Source of the DNA: Octopus vulgaris
Taxonomy: Eukaryota
Reading direction: 5' to 3'
Length of the DNA stretch: 64,000 bases
Assembly: GCA_951406725.2 (NCBI GenBank)
Contig: OX597818.1
Span: 96,038,001-96,102,000 of the forward strand
Shown: piece after piece, positions 1 through 13,138 of the stretch
How the letters are laid out: every line of letters begins with the position of its first letter
Position numbering within the stretch: position 1 is the stretch's first letter
Made by a program: the position numbers and the translations under genes
Notes under the pieces: model-generated
Seen by the model: only the letters and a program-made list of their open reading frames with translations
What the model was told of the DNA's origin: nothing
Database searches by the model: none

Positions 1-20
1 TATATATATATATATATACA

Positions 21-1012
21 CTAGCTGGGCCCTGTTGCCATAAAAAATAACAGCTAATTGTAGTATTTTATATATAAATAAGGTACAAAACCAAGATGTT
101 GATTTAATAATTCTTTTATTTGTAAACTTTTATGTGAAAAATCTATCCGCAACTAACATCCTTTGACTGCTTGTTTCCTTCAAAAGAATTTTCAAGTTTT
201 CCTTCCTTCTTGTCTGACTTAAGGCTACATAAAGCCAGCCATTACTAAATACGGGAGCTGGCAAGTATATACCAAATACAGAGTTGAAACGCTGTTTGAT
301 TTTTCTTTTCAGCGTTGAATGTTCACCATCCCACTTCAATTGCACACACACACACACGCGCATTCACATACCTCCCTTTTACATATACACGCATAAACTC
401 ACACAGAATTGGAACGCTGCTTGATTTATCTTTCTCACCATACAGTTTCCATCATCTCACTACAAAGTTTGCCATCACTCCTTCCTTCTTTATTTATCTA
501 TCATTCCTTCTATTCTCATTCATATGTTGTGACAGAGAAAATCACAAGAGTATTATGATAGCAGATAAGGTACAAAACCAAAATTTTGGTTTAATAATCC
601 TTTTACTACCAAACTTGTGAAAAATCTATCCACAACTAACATTCTTTGATTGCTTGTTTCCTTCAAAAGGATTTTTAAGCTTTCCTTACTTCTTGTTCGA
701 GTTAAGGCTACATAAGGCTGGCCATGACTAAATACAAGAGCTGCTAAGTAAATACCAAATACACATAGTTGAAACGCTGTTTGATTTTTCTTTTCAGTGT
801 TGAATGTTAACCATCCCACTTCCATTTCACATACGCGTATGCACACACACACACTTACACTTCCTCCCTTTTACATACACACACATATATTCACACAGTT
901 GAAACGCTGTTTGATTTACTTTTTCAGCATAGAATTTTCATCATCCCACTACCAAGTATGACATCACCTCTTTCATCCTTATTCATCTATCATCCCTTCC
1001 TTTCTCATTCAT
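21..1012 (-). mobile_element. Helitron 3' remnant, tandemly duplicated (about 488-bp offset), carrying a PIF1 helicase motif VI fragment
   Basis: Two diverged copies (about 78-527 and 566-1012) encode FGIYLPAPVFSNGWLYVALS and FGIYLAALVFSHGQPYVALTR, resembling the Helitron VFSHGQLYVALSR motif. Minus-strand CTAG|T end at 21-24. Confidence 0.75.
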
Positions 1013-1034
1013 ATTATAGTATTATTATAGTAGA

Positions 1035-1400
1035 CTAGCACTATGACCCAGCAACGCCGGGTCATAGTGCTAGTGCATGCATATACAGCTGCGTGCGTGT
1101 GCACATACATGCAAGTACTGTCCAAATCTCCGACCAATCACATACAGCTAGCTGGCATTCAATTGGCGTACCAAGTTTCAGGCATTTTGATTGGGTTTTG
1201 GATTGAAAATTCACAAAAAAGTCACTTCTATTGATTTTTTTAATGGCTTTACGGGGGTGACTGGGGAAATGTAAAGATCTGCACGACCACCCTTGGACGG
1301 TTTTGAATGACCATAGAAAGTGCGAACCCTCTAACTGAAAAATTGTGGATTTGTATAAAGGATATGCACACAGACATTTTGCCGTTTATATATAGAGAGA
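1035..1400 (-). mobile_element. Non-autonomous Helitron (same family as 41604-41970)
   Basis: Minus strand starts A|TCTCTCTATATATAAA and ends in a hairpin with CTAG|T; near-identical to 41604-41970 in the opposite orientation. Confidence 0.85.
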
Positions 1401-1744
1401 TTATCTTGGTAACCATGGGAGCTATGAAAAAAATACAAAACCCAGCAACACCACTGGATCAGTCTATACATTTGTGTAATTTTTTGCACAATTCCAACCA
1501 GCCGTTTGACCATGAATCCCAAGACAAGAAAATATACAAGAAAGAATCGCCCTACAATTTCCATTTGATTTTCATTTTGATGTTGATGTACTTGACTCAA
1601 TAGGTCTCCTCAAACACAGCAGGTTTCCCTACAATCCAAGGTATTTTAGAATGTGCTGGGGCTGGTTATGCGAAACTGGTGTAGGATACAGCCATCTTCA
1701 CAGTCACAACATATCTTCAGAGGTCTCAGTCTTTTATCATTGCT

Positions 1745-3255
1745 TCTGTGAGGCCCAATGTTCGAAGGTCATGCTTCACCACCGCGTCCCATGTCTTCCT
1801 GGATTCCTTCAACTGTTAGGGAGTGGCACTTCTTCACGCAGCTCTCCTCATCCATCTGTAGTACATGACCATACCAGCGCAAACGTCTCTCTTGCATGCC
1901 ACATCCAATGCTTCTTATGTGCAGCATTCTCAGGGCGCTTACACTCTGTCATGTGTGCACACTGACATTACACATCCAGCAGATCATGCTAGCTTCATTT
2001 CTTTGGAGAGCCTATGCATGTCCTCAGCAGTCACGGTCCTTGTTTCACTGCTGTGAAGCATGGCAGTTCGCACACATGCTTCGTACAATCTACCTTTCAC
2101 TCTGAGCGAGAGGCCCTTTGTCACCAGTAGAGATAGAAGCTTTCTAAACTTTTCCCAGGCTATTCTTATTCTAGTGATAACACTCTCTGAGCATCCACCT
2201 CCACTACTAACTTGGTTACCTAGGTAGCGGAAGCTATCAACTACTTCTAGTTTCTACCCATGGAATGTTATGGAATCTGTTTTCTGAGCATCTGTGGTGT
2301 TTATTGCCCCTGTGCATCTGCTGCATCAGCATAGAGGAGCTCTCAGGGGAAATCCGTCTTGAATTCCTCTGTTATTGCCTGGAGGACTATGATGAATAAA
2401 AGGGGACTGAGGGTTGATCCTTGGTGGATCCTACTTCTACCCAGAATTCTTCACTATACTCATTGCTAATCCTAACCTTACTAATGACCTCTCTGTATAG
2501 GGCCTGTACAGCCCTTATTAACCATTCGTCAATCCCCAGTTTCTGCATCACCTACCAAATAAGAGAACAGGGTACCCTGTCAAAGGCTTTCTCCAAGTCC
2601 ACAAAAGCTAAGTACAAGGGTTTATCCTTAGCTAGGTATCTCTCCTGCAGTTGCCGCACCAGGAATATAGCATCAGTGATGCTTCTACCTGGCACAAAAC
2701 CAAACTGCATCTCATCTAAGTAGATTCTCTCCCTAATGAGATAGGCTATGACCTAGCAGTTGACTATGGTGCTGCTTTGCCAGTCATTGGGTATGACTCC
2801 ATCACGAACTACCTGGTTTACAATGCAGGTGACTAGGCCATAGCCCGCACCACCAAATGTTTTAAGCATCTCAGCTGTGATTCCTAATGGTCCGGGGGCT
2901 TTTCCAGGCTTCATACCCTTAATTGCTTTATCTACTAGGGAGTTGTCTATTCGGATAGCTGCTCCCTCTACTGGGTCAACATTTGGCAGGCTCTCCTCCT
3001 CCCATTCATCCTCCATGTTCAGCTGTCTTTCATAATGCTTCTCCAATCCTCTTTCTTTTCCAAATCATTAAAAGCATGTGCACCATCATCCATGTGGATA
3101 CATCTCTCTCCTGTGACATTGCAATTTTCTCTCACACACTGTCTTGCAATCTGAAATACTTCAGTTCTTTGGTCCTCACATCACTGCACACTGGCAAACT
3201 TCTTTTCTGCTTCGCCCTTGGCTATGTATACCTGCCGCCCAGCCTCCTTTTTGAG
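1745..3255 (-). mobile_element. Decayed RTE-clade LINE fragment (relative of the 29553-32485 element)
   Basis: Minus-strand peptides ESLPNVDPVEGAAIR...GKAPGP...IPNDW, QFGFVPG, DLEKAFDRVP, LLYAD and KLEVVDSFRYLG, with stops and internal deletions. Confidence 0.88.
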
Positions 3256-3256
3256 G

Positions 3257-3301
<45 letters not shown>

Positions 3302-3302
3302 G

Positions 3303-3580
3303 TGGATGCATGGCCTAATGGTTAGGGTACTGCATTCACAATCATGAGATCATGGTTTCAATTCCTAGGTGGTGTATTGTGTTCTTGAGAAAAACACTTC
3401 ATCTCATGTTGCTCTGCAGTCATGGTGACACCTGAGGTGTGGTACACCATGCACCTATCCAGGCCACATAAATTTGATGGACTAAGTGATGTAATGTCCA
3501 GCATATACATTTGATCACTATAAACAAATCATTTGTACTGGTCATTTGGCAAAAGCTGAACATGCACACATCATCTCCTA
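3303..3580 (+). mobile_element. tRNA-derived SINE (same head as 13150-13450 and 43394-43629)
   Basis: A box tggcctaatgg, B box ggtttcaattcc, body ttgtgttcttgag..aacacttcatctc. Confidence 0.7.
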
Positions 3581-4964
3581 TGTTGTATGTATTGATCTAA
3601 TTAGTGAAATCTATCTAGATATTTGCATACTGGTAATTGAAGTGTTTTAGGGTAGTAGATAAACTATTTCAGCTAAGTTGATTGGGTTTTGAGTTTTCAT
3701 TTACTAATGAGAATTGTATGTTGTTGACAATTTATAAACTTTCACAAAGCATTGAACTCAAAACATGAGCATGATGTGAAGATGTTGAACATGACTGATG
3801 TGAGGATGTTGAGCCTCATGTAAGATGTTACAAATGATTGAGATTTGTGATATGCAGTGCTTGAGAAGTCCTGCCCAACCATACTAGCACATTCTGAGTG
3901 ACGCACTCAAAGCATAATGTCTGTGCACACCACTGAAACAGTGACATGTCTATAGTTCTTTCTTCTTTGTTCCCTTCCTGTCACCCAGACAACTGGGACC
4001 TTCTCCTGGGTCACTTCCTATTGACATCCTTTCTTCATTCTTACCCCTGAACACCCTTGTTCGTATGCATCTTTCCCCACCATCTTCCACAACTTTAACC
4101 CTATTACTCATCCCTTGATCACTTTTCTATTTACTGTATTATTTTGAGGCTGTAGGAAATGAAAGCAGAACCTATTACTATATACCATTCCATATCACCA
4201 TCTCTATACTGCCAGTCATCACTCCCTCTCCTTTGCTACTCCTAATTGGTATACACCCCCTCATCCTTCTCATCATCCCTCATATTTGTCACCCCATCTC
4301 TGTTCACCCATTCACTACATTACTCCCCTACATACATCTGAACGTTTTCATGTTTGTATCCATCTTTCACTCTCTTCCCACACTCTTACAACCTTACTCA
4401 CCATTCTCCCTGATTCTTCTATATCTGTACATCTCTTGACATATTACTTTCTGGCACTTTGTCATCACTGTATTTACCTCACTTTGGGCTCCACTCCAGC
4501 TTCCCCCACCTTCTCATGTAAAATGTGAAGTAACCATGGATCTCCATATCAATAAGCTTGCTCCTGCTTCCTAATATTGTACTTAAACATTTCAACACTT
4601 TGTTTAAAGTGACCACCTTATCTCCTATTCTCCCTGTCTGTCAAGCGGTCTCTTTAGTCTTACAAATTACAAGGCAACCTCACTAGTACTGATACCATGG
4701 AAAAGCACCTAGTATACACTGGTTGACATTTGGAAGAGCAACTGTAGAAACCATGCCAAAGCTAGAACATTGAAGTAAGATATACTACACTGACATATTG
4801 GACCCTGTCAAAACATCTGCCTTCCATGTCAGCATGGAAAGCAGATGTAACAAGATAATGATAATTTTCTATTCAAAATGGTTTTTCAAACTGGTATTTA
4901 CTTGCTATTTTCGCTTTATGTGCTTCAAGATTCGCAGTTCCAAAAAAGTATGTATATGTATGTT

Positions 4965-5170
4965 TGTAATGTGACCGCATGTGTATCGTTGGCGATTTTC
5001 TTTCTCCATCTTCCTTTCTTTGGACTTTCTCTATATTTCTGACGAAGAGCTCCACTCGAAATGTGAAATCCTCCTTCTTTCTTTCCTTTCCTGAGCGTCC
5101 AATAACACTGTACTTATTCCATGTCCTCGTGTTGTGTTTTCTCTTTGTTCATGTTTGGATTAACTATATA
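4965..5170 (+). mobile_element. Penelope-like terminal repeat remnant with minimal hammerhead motif
   Basis: CTGACGA-AGAG-CTCCA-CTC-GAAA at 5039-5061, then tttcctgagcg, a motif also present at the Penelope end near 33470. Confidence 0.6.
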
Positions 5171-5312
5171 TGTATGTATCTGTCTGAATTAGATCCAGGA
5201 AGATGTAGCATGAGGTAGTAAAGGCTGATATGAGGATGCTGAAAGAGATTACAAAGGATTGAGATGGTTTGTGATATGCAGTGCTTGAGAAATCACTCCC
5301 AGGTCTTTTTCT

Positions 5313-7260
5313 ACTTTAATTTCTTTTGAGATAACATTGAAAAGAGCAGGACCATTTGCAGTGAAGAAATTGTGCTGCAATGTTCTTATGTGATGTGATC
5401 TCGACATTTATAGGGAACACATTGCATGGGGGCCTAGTCTTGGGTGAATTGTAAACATAATACCAATAACATTTTGATAATATTGGTGAAATATTTTCCA
5501 CTTGGTGTAAATAATGTATTGTTCATGGTGGTGTTGCAAAGAATAGAGTTTCAGCTATTTAGGTTGAACCCAATAATCAAGTCCCGTCATGCCACTTATT
5601 TTTTTAGTGACTGATTTTTGTGGTGCTTTGAACCTCACTATGTCTTGTTTTTTGTAGGGGTACCACAATGGGCAACAGTATTCGAGGTGGAGCCTAGCAA
5701 ATGTGGAGAAGAGAAGGATGATGGTTTCATGATATCTTGATTGAAAAGGATCCATGAGCACATTCTGCGGGCAACATTGAGTCTTTTGTTGCTGTGCACA
5801 CTCCAGCTAAGGTTGCTGTCGACAATTATACCTAAGTCTCTCATATTATCCACTGGTTCAAGAAGGTCTTGTGACGGTAGTGTACATGGTTGTTTTGGGT
5901 GTACCTTCTTTCCCAAAGTGGATGAGCTCAAATTTTCCTTCATTCAGTTGCATATTGTTTTTTTGTGTCCACTGAGTTACTATGCATAGGTCCAATTGAA
6001 GCATCATTCGATCATGTGCTCCTTTAATGATTTTCTGAAGCTTAGAGTTATATGCAAATATTTTAATAGTGCTATGTTCAGTGGAATCTGCAATGTCATT
6101 GATATAGGCAATAAAAAGAAGTGGACTCAGCACAGTACCCTGCAGGACTCAGCTGATGACTTTTGCTGGTCTTCAGTGGATGCCATCAACCACAACATGC
6201 TGGCTCCTGTTTGTTAGGAAATACTTAATCTACTGAAATAGCTTTTCACTGACTCCAGTGTTGGATAGTTTCCTTAACAGTAAATTGTGGTCAACTCTGT
6301 CAAAGGCCTTGCTGAAATCAAGGTATATGACATTGGTGTTGGAGCCCTCAGTGTATTTAAGATGTCATCAAAGTGGTGGAGGAGCTGTGTTAGACAGTAC
6401 CTCCCACCACGAAAGTCATGCTGGTTGCAATTTAGAAGATGATTTTGCTCTAGGAAGGCTATTATTCTTGATTTCAGCACACTCTCAAATATTTTGATAT
6501 GTGAGGTGAGTAAGATTGGATGGTAGTTTACTGAGAGCGATTTAATTCTCTTTTTTAAAGATATGAATGACTGACTATGAGAGAAGGTTTTGAAGGATAA
6601 AACTGACATCTAGTGATTTCCTCCGGAGATTTGCAAGAGGAGCTGCAAGTTGCTGTCTGCATTCCTTCAGCACTCTGGCAGGAAACCTGTCCAGACCCAC
6701 TGCTGAATCAGATTTGATTTCTTTTATTGCTACTAGGATGTCTGTCAGTAGCATTGAAGGTTATGTCAGAAGGACATGCTGAGGATTCAAAGAAGCAAAG
6801 CTGCTTGAATCAACTGAATCAGGGTCACTGAAAGCAGAGCAGTATTAACTTTGCAGGACCTCAGCCATGTCTTTGGCATTACTGTGAAGGATGCCATTTC
6901 CATCAACCAGTGGGCTGATAGAGGAAACTGGTCCTATGTGTTTTTGCAAAGGAGTGAAAAAATCCTTAGGATTATTCTTGGTGTTTTTAATAGCGCAGAT
7001 TTCTTCTGCAGCTCTTTGGTCATTTATGAGAATTCTCATACAGTCATACAGTTCTTTCTTTTATTCCAAGGTTGTTAATGTTCTTGATTGGGGCTGCTGC
7101 TGATGGTGGTATTTTAGAGTATTGATGTTTTAGTTTATTCTTTTTATTCTCCTGATGAACACTTTTCTCTGTTTTGGAATCCTGCATCTACTGTTATGAG
7201 TTATGAGGGGGTGTGTTTTGAGCATATGTGAACGACTGTCCTCAAACAGTAGCCATGTGT
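5313..7260 (-). mobile_element. Decayed CR1/L2-type LINE ORF2 (RT)
   Basis: Minus-strand peptides NYHPILLTSHIKIFE, NQHDFRGGRYCLTQLL, LSPLLFIAYIND..KIFAYNSKL, DLGIIVDSNLSW and LEYCCPLW, with many frameshifts. Confidence 0.85.
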
Positions 7261-8210
7261 TTGTGTTGAAATATGCACCCACATAGTCTTCACATCACAC
7301 TCCGACCTGTAATTTCCAAAATCCTACCACGTGTCCACAGGGGCATCTCCCACTCCATCTTTGTCCCCTAACCAATAAAAATGAACTTACCTTCTGTGAT
7401 ACTTCAGAAAACTCAAGATTTTGAATTAGTTAGAAAATCAAAGTGCACGTTAACAGTGTACTCAATCATTAATTAATTTATTATTATTATTAATTCCAGA
7501 TAGTTGTGATTTTGATGTGAGTTTCTACATAACATGCTAAAGTTATCTTTCATAAACATTAGTTTACAAATATAAATAACATCCCTGATAAAATTATCAT
7601 CAATATCATTATTTTAATGTCCAAATGCTGTCATGATTTGGAGTTCATTGAGGTAGATATTTTTTTACAGCTGGGTGCTCTTCCTGTCACTTTAACTGTT
7701 TCCAAGCAAGGTAACATTTCAGACATGTTTTAATAGAAGGCGGCGAGCTGGCAGAAATGTTAGCAAAAACGTTAATGACACTACATGTATGGCAGTGACA
7801 CTTACAACTACTGTATGATGTCAAGACAAAGAGGCACTAACACACCCAAGCATGATGGGCTTCTTTCAGTCTCTGTCTAACAAATCTACTCACAAGGCTT
7901 TGGTCAACCTGGGTCTATTGTAGAAGACACCCAAGGTGTGCCACACAGTGGGACTGAATTTGACACCAAATAGTTGTGAAGTAAACTTCTTAACCAACCA
8001 AATAACAATGTTTTCATATTGATTAATTAAACATACTCTGTAAATCATTCAATTCTTTTAATAAATAACAACTAAGATACAATGTTTCAACACAAGTTTA
8101 CTTAAGAACTTTATACAAAAGTATCCAAGAAAGAAATTCTATGATTTGTTTAAGAAGATTCTCTTCTTTGTTATTTATGTTACTAAATGCCACCTTTCCT
8201 TTTATTGCAG

Positions 8211-8423
8211 GTCCAAAATGTCTGTGACATTGTCAAGTGTTGCTGCACGGGAGTGGTTTCAAAAGAAACGAGAAACCATTAAACCATGGGGCGAGTTCCT
8301 GAACACTTCTAAATTTCGAATTCCTAAGAATCTTGCTGAGGTGCCCAAACACACAATGAAAAACATTGAAGATTTCCAAAGCAATTACTTGTTCGTGTTT
8401 ATTGGTTTAATCATCGTTTGTAT
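8211..8423 (+). CDS. RABAC1: PRA1 exon (ATG at 8218)
   Basis: ttgcag|GTCC acceptor; AT|gtaagt donor; encodes REWF...PWGEF...FQSNY. Confidence 0.92.
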
Positions 8424-11400
8424 GTAAGTGATTTTTTTTCCCTCCCTGCTCTCTCAGAATACTGGTACAACATCAACTTTCTGGCACCTTTGCTTCCAAA
8501 ACCATTCCATATGACTGATTTTTCTGAGTCATGGGTGCTCATACTCTAAATTAAACAAATATTAAATTTACTTATGTACTTAAATGAAATATAAGTACTT
8601 GTACATTAGTATAAATGATATAAGTTTATCAATACTATATCATGCATCTACGAGAATTTGATTGGGGCAGCCACGAGAATTTGAAGTTCCTGCTTGTAAA
8701 TTAGTGCTGGTTATAAGAGGTTCTGGACCATCAGTGCCTGAAAAATCAGGGAAGTACCTTTATTCATCATCATCATCATTGTCATTTAATGTCTGTTGTC
8801 CATGCTGGCATTGGTTGGACAGTTTGACCAGGACTTGTAATCTGAGGGGCTGCACCAGCCTCCAGTATGATATGGCATAGTTTCTATGGCTGGATGCCTT
8901 TCCTAATGCCAACCTCTCTGAGAGTGTAGTGGGTGCTTTTGCATTCCACTGGCACAATGCCAGTTGTGTGACATCAGTATCTGCCATGATTACAATCTCA
9001 CTTGGCTTGATCGGTCTTTTTCTCAAGCACAGCATATTGCCAAAGGTCTTGGTCATTTGTCATTGACTCTGTGAGGTCCAGTGCTTGAAAGGTGCTTTTT
9101 ATGTGCCACCAGCCTGGTGCTAGTTATGCGATACTGGCATCAGCCACATTGCTTATGTGAGGCCCAATACTCAAAAGGTACTTTTTACATGCCATTGGCA
9201 TGGGTGCCAGTTATGTGATAGAACAGCCACTACTATGTCACACTAGTCTTTGTCACAACTATGTCACACTAGACAACAGCCACACTAGTCTTTGCCTCCA
9301 TGCGGCCCAACATTTGAAGATCATGCTTCATACCTTATCCCATTTCTTCCTGGGTTTACCTCCTCCACAACTTCCCTCCACTGTTAGAGATCAGCACTTC
9401 TTCACATAGCTGTCCACATCCATAAGCATCACATGACCATACCTATGCAGTTGTCTCTCTTGCATACATCTCATGCCTCTTATGCCCAACTTTTCTCTCA
9501 GGACGCTTACACTCTGTTATACATGCACACTGGCATTGCATATCCAGTGAAGCATACTAGCTTCATTTCTTTCAAGCCTACGCATGTACTCGGCAGTCAC
9601 AGACCATGTTTCATTGCCATATAGCATGGCTGTTCGCATACAGGCATCATACAATCTATCTTATTTCTTATGTTGTATATGAAAACTTTGTGAGCTGTAT
9701 TTTACCAATGTAAAGTTCCAACTTGATGTTGAGTAGATGGTGTTTCACTTAAAGCCACATTGATAGGCATGGAATTATTCAACCTATAGACATGTCATCT
9801 CCTACCACTGCCTTTCCTATCATCAATTACAATGTCTTCTGCTCCTTAGATCTGGCTGATTTCATTCTACTTCCATCTAGTCTTATGTGATCCACTCGTC
9901 CCTTGCACCCATACTGTGTCTGTCTCCCTAGGCTGTGCTGACCAATATTCTGAATTTGTCTTATCCAGAACATCAGACTTCTGGAATTTCTGTCTTGCAG
10001 TGGTTCAACTGTATTGGATCTTAATGGTCTTGGAGGGCCTTTGAAGGCCATGTGCTTAAACCTCTTTTACCAGATCAAACAAGCTATCAAAATAAACAAA
10101 AAAAAAAAAAAGAGAGAGAATTTGAACCATTTTGGAGACAAAACTGGCTTATGCATCTACAGAAAAATAACAGAATCAGTTTTAAGAGATACAAAATGAG
10201 TCACATCATCATCACCACCACCGTTGTTTTAATGTCCACTTTTCCATGCTTGAATAGCTCAGTCAGAATTCATCAAGGCAGATTTTCTATGACTAGAAGT
10301 TCTTCCTGTTACTCTTACCTGTTTCCAAGCAAAATAGTATTTCCCCATGGTTGAACATGTTTTCATGGAAGCTTGGAAATGGGATGGCACTACTTTTGTG
10401 ATGATTATGCGAGTTTTACAACTGTCACATGATGTCAAGACAAGGAGACTCAAATACATAAACATATGACAGGCTTCTTTACAGTTTCCATCTACCAAAT
10501 ACACTGACAAAGCTTTAGTTAGCCTAAGGCTATATTGTAGAAGATACTTGCCCAAGGTGCTAAGCAGTGAGACAGAACCTAGAACCATCTGGTTTGGTAG
10601 AAAACTCATTAAACACACAGCTATGTCTGCACTTATTTGTTGTTTAAAATTTTGTAATATAAAATACCTGAATGTCTATATAGAAACTAAATATAATCTT
10701 GAAGAGATTGTCTCTTTATTATTTCTAACACAAAAATGATAATTTAATAATTAACCTAGTTATCTTTAAAAGGTTTCTAATCTATCAGAATATGAATGCC
10801 ACTACTTAGCACCAGTTTAGCAATTAATTGAAGGTTTAAGTTTTTCATGTTATTTCTATCTCATCAAAAAGTCTCCCATCTAAGTCCTAGAGTCATCAAT
10901 TTGTTAAAAGATTAAAATAACTGATGTATTTTCTTTTGCTTCACCACAAGTAGGAAGTTTATTAAACTTGACAGTGTTTATAATAATTGTTGTTGATGTA
11001 ATTTCCTTTTGTTGTTGCTGTATATGGATTTCAGTTGAGTATTTTGCCAATAATTTTTATTTCCTTCAGCCTGACATCACCATTGCTGTTAATAGCACTA
11101 GCTGCCTGTCTTGGTGCCTGTTACATCATCAGTTTGAAAAACCAAGAGAAAAAACGTACAATCATGGGTATGTAACAAAATAATTATATCATTCTTTTTG
11201 TTAATATAATGGTTAACTGTACAGTGTAGTGGGAGTCACGTGCCCAGGATACCACATAGTGGGACTGAATCCAAAACCATGTGGCCTGGGGCACAAAGTA
11301 CCACACAGTGGGACTGAAGCAGAAACTACATGGCTGTAAAGTGAACTCCTTAATCCAGACTGTCATACCTGTGCCTATTTGTTAACTTTTATTATATTCA

Positions 11401-13098
11401 TAGGTCAGAATTTTTTTTTATTTCCATTTTTCTACATCCTTTACTTAGCTTTTCTAATATCTATTCTTCACTATCTGTCCTTTTGATATTGAATGCAGAC
11501 TGACTCATTAGTTTTGCAACCAATTTTTCAATACTGCCTACCAAATCAACTCACAAGGCTTTTGTAGACCTGGGGCTATAGTAGAAGGCACTTGCCCAAG
11601 CTGTCCTGCAGTGGGACTGAAAGAACTGTGCTTGAAAAACAAGAGCTGGTCACAGGAAAAGTATCCAACCATAGAATACTGAGATGATATGGTTGAAAAG
11701 TAAGCTTGTTAACCACACTCCATGCCTGTACTTAAATAAGAAATTATGTCTTATATGAACTATGTGTCATGAAGGGAAATTACATAATAATATATATAAA
11801 TGATATATTTTGTTATTGATAACTTGTTTCTTTGTTTACAGGTCATGAACTGAGTTTAGGCCAACAGTATGCTGGTGTTGGAGTTTTATCTTTCCCACTT
11901 TTTTGGGTAGCTGGAGCTGGTTCGGCTGTTTTCTGGGTTATTGGTGTGTATTATTTTTCTTTTCCATCTTACTATTTATTGCAGAAAAATGTTGCATAAT
12001 AAATTGTAGTTTCTTTATTCTATAAGTATACAAATATTGTTGTGGTTTCAGCTTAAGAGAGTATGAACATTGTAATTCTATTTCCCAATTCTATAAATTT
12101 GTGGCACTAAAATCAATATTGTAGCATTATCATCATCATTTTGTGTCCATTTTCCATGCTGACATGGGTAAGGCGGTTTGATTGGAACTGGTAAGCCAAA
12201 GAGCTGCACTAGGCTCCAGTCTGTTTTGGCTTGGTTTCTATGGCTAAATGCCCTTCCTAATGTCAGTTACTCTACAGGATGTACTGAGTGTCTTGTACAT
12301 GTCACTGGCACAGTGCCTTTAACGTATCACCGGCACAGGTAATTTTTATGTGTCACCTTCACGAGTGCCTTTTAAATGTCACCCACACTGGCCTTGACTA
12401 CAATTTTCTAAGTATGATGTATCTATTTGTTTATTGCACTTAATTTTGATCCATAATGATAGGCAAGTTTACTGCAGTATGCATCATGAGATAATATCTC
12501 ATGTGGACATGCTGTGTTTTAAAACAGAAAAATATATTATGAGCAGGTGAAAATCATACTGGCAGCTGCCAGAGAAAATGCTAGATGCATTTCTGCTTCA
12601 TTGGGATTTGTCTGTAGCATGTACTTGCAACCAATTGCATACCAAGAAGAAATCTGTCACCACTGTTATGGAAAATCAATGAATAAACATTCACTGATAT
12701 TACAAATAGCTGCCCAGCTGAATAAAAATACATTATATGCAATAGAAGCAGTATTAGATTGAAATGGTCATACTTAATGTTAATATATTGTGATAGGCAA
12801 ATTTGTGGCACTATTCACTCTGATATACCAGCTCATATAGACATGCTATATTTAAAAAACATTATATTGCTGGCAGACAAAAATCATCTTACCAGTATAT
12901 TTAGTGTTTTGTGTATATGATAGAATCATATGGCAAGTGATTTGGATTAATAATCTAAGAATGTGTCTGAATTGAAAATTCTTCCCAATCTAAAGTTTTA
13001 GAGAAATTGCAGTTAATATATATATTATAATTTGTGAAATTTGATTTAGTATTTCTAAATTGAATTTTTTCCCTGTAAGTTTGGAATAATATTCCCTC

Positions 13099-13138
<40 letters not shown>

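Noticed and set aside
12455-12895. Weak direct duplication at about 335-bp offset in a PRA1 intron
   Set aside because: Similarity is patchy and cannot be confirmed without an alignment
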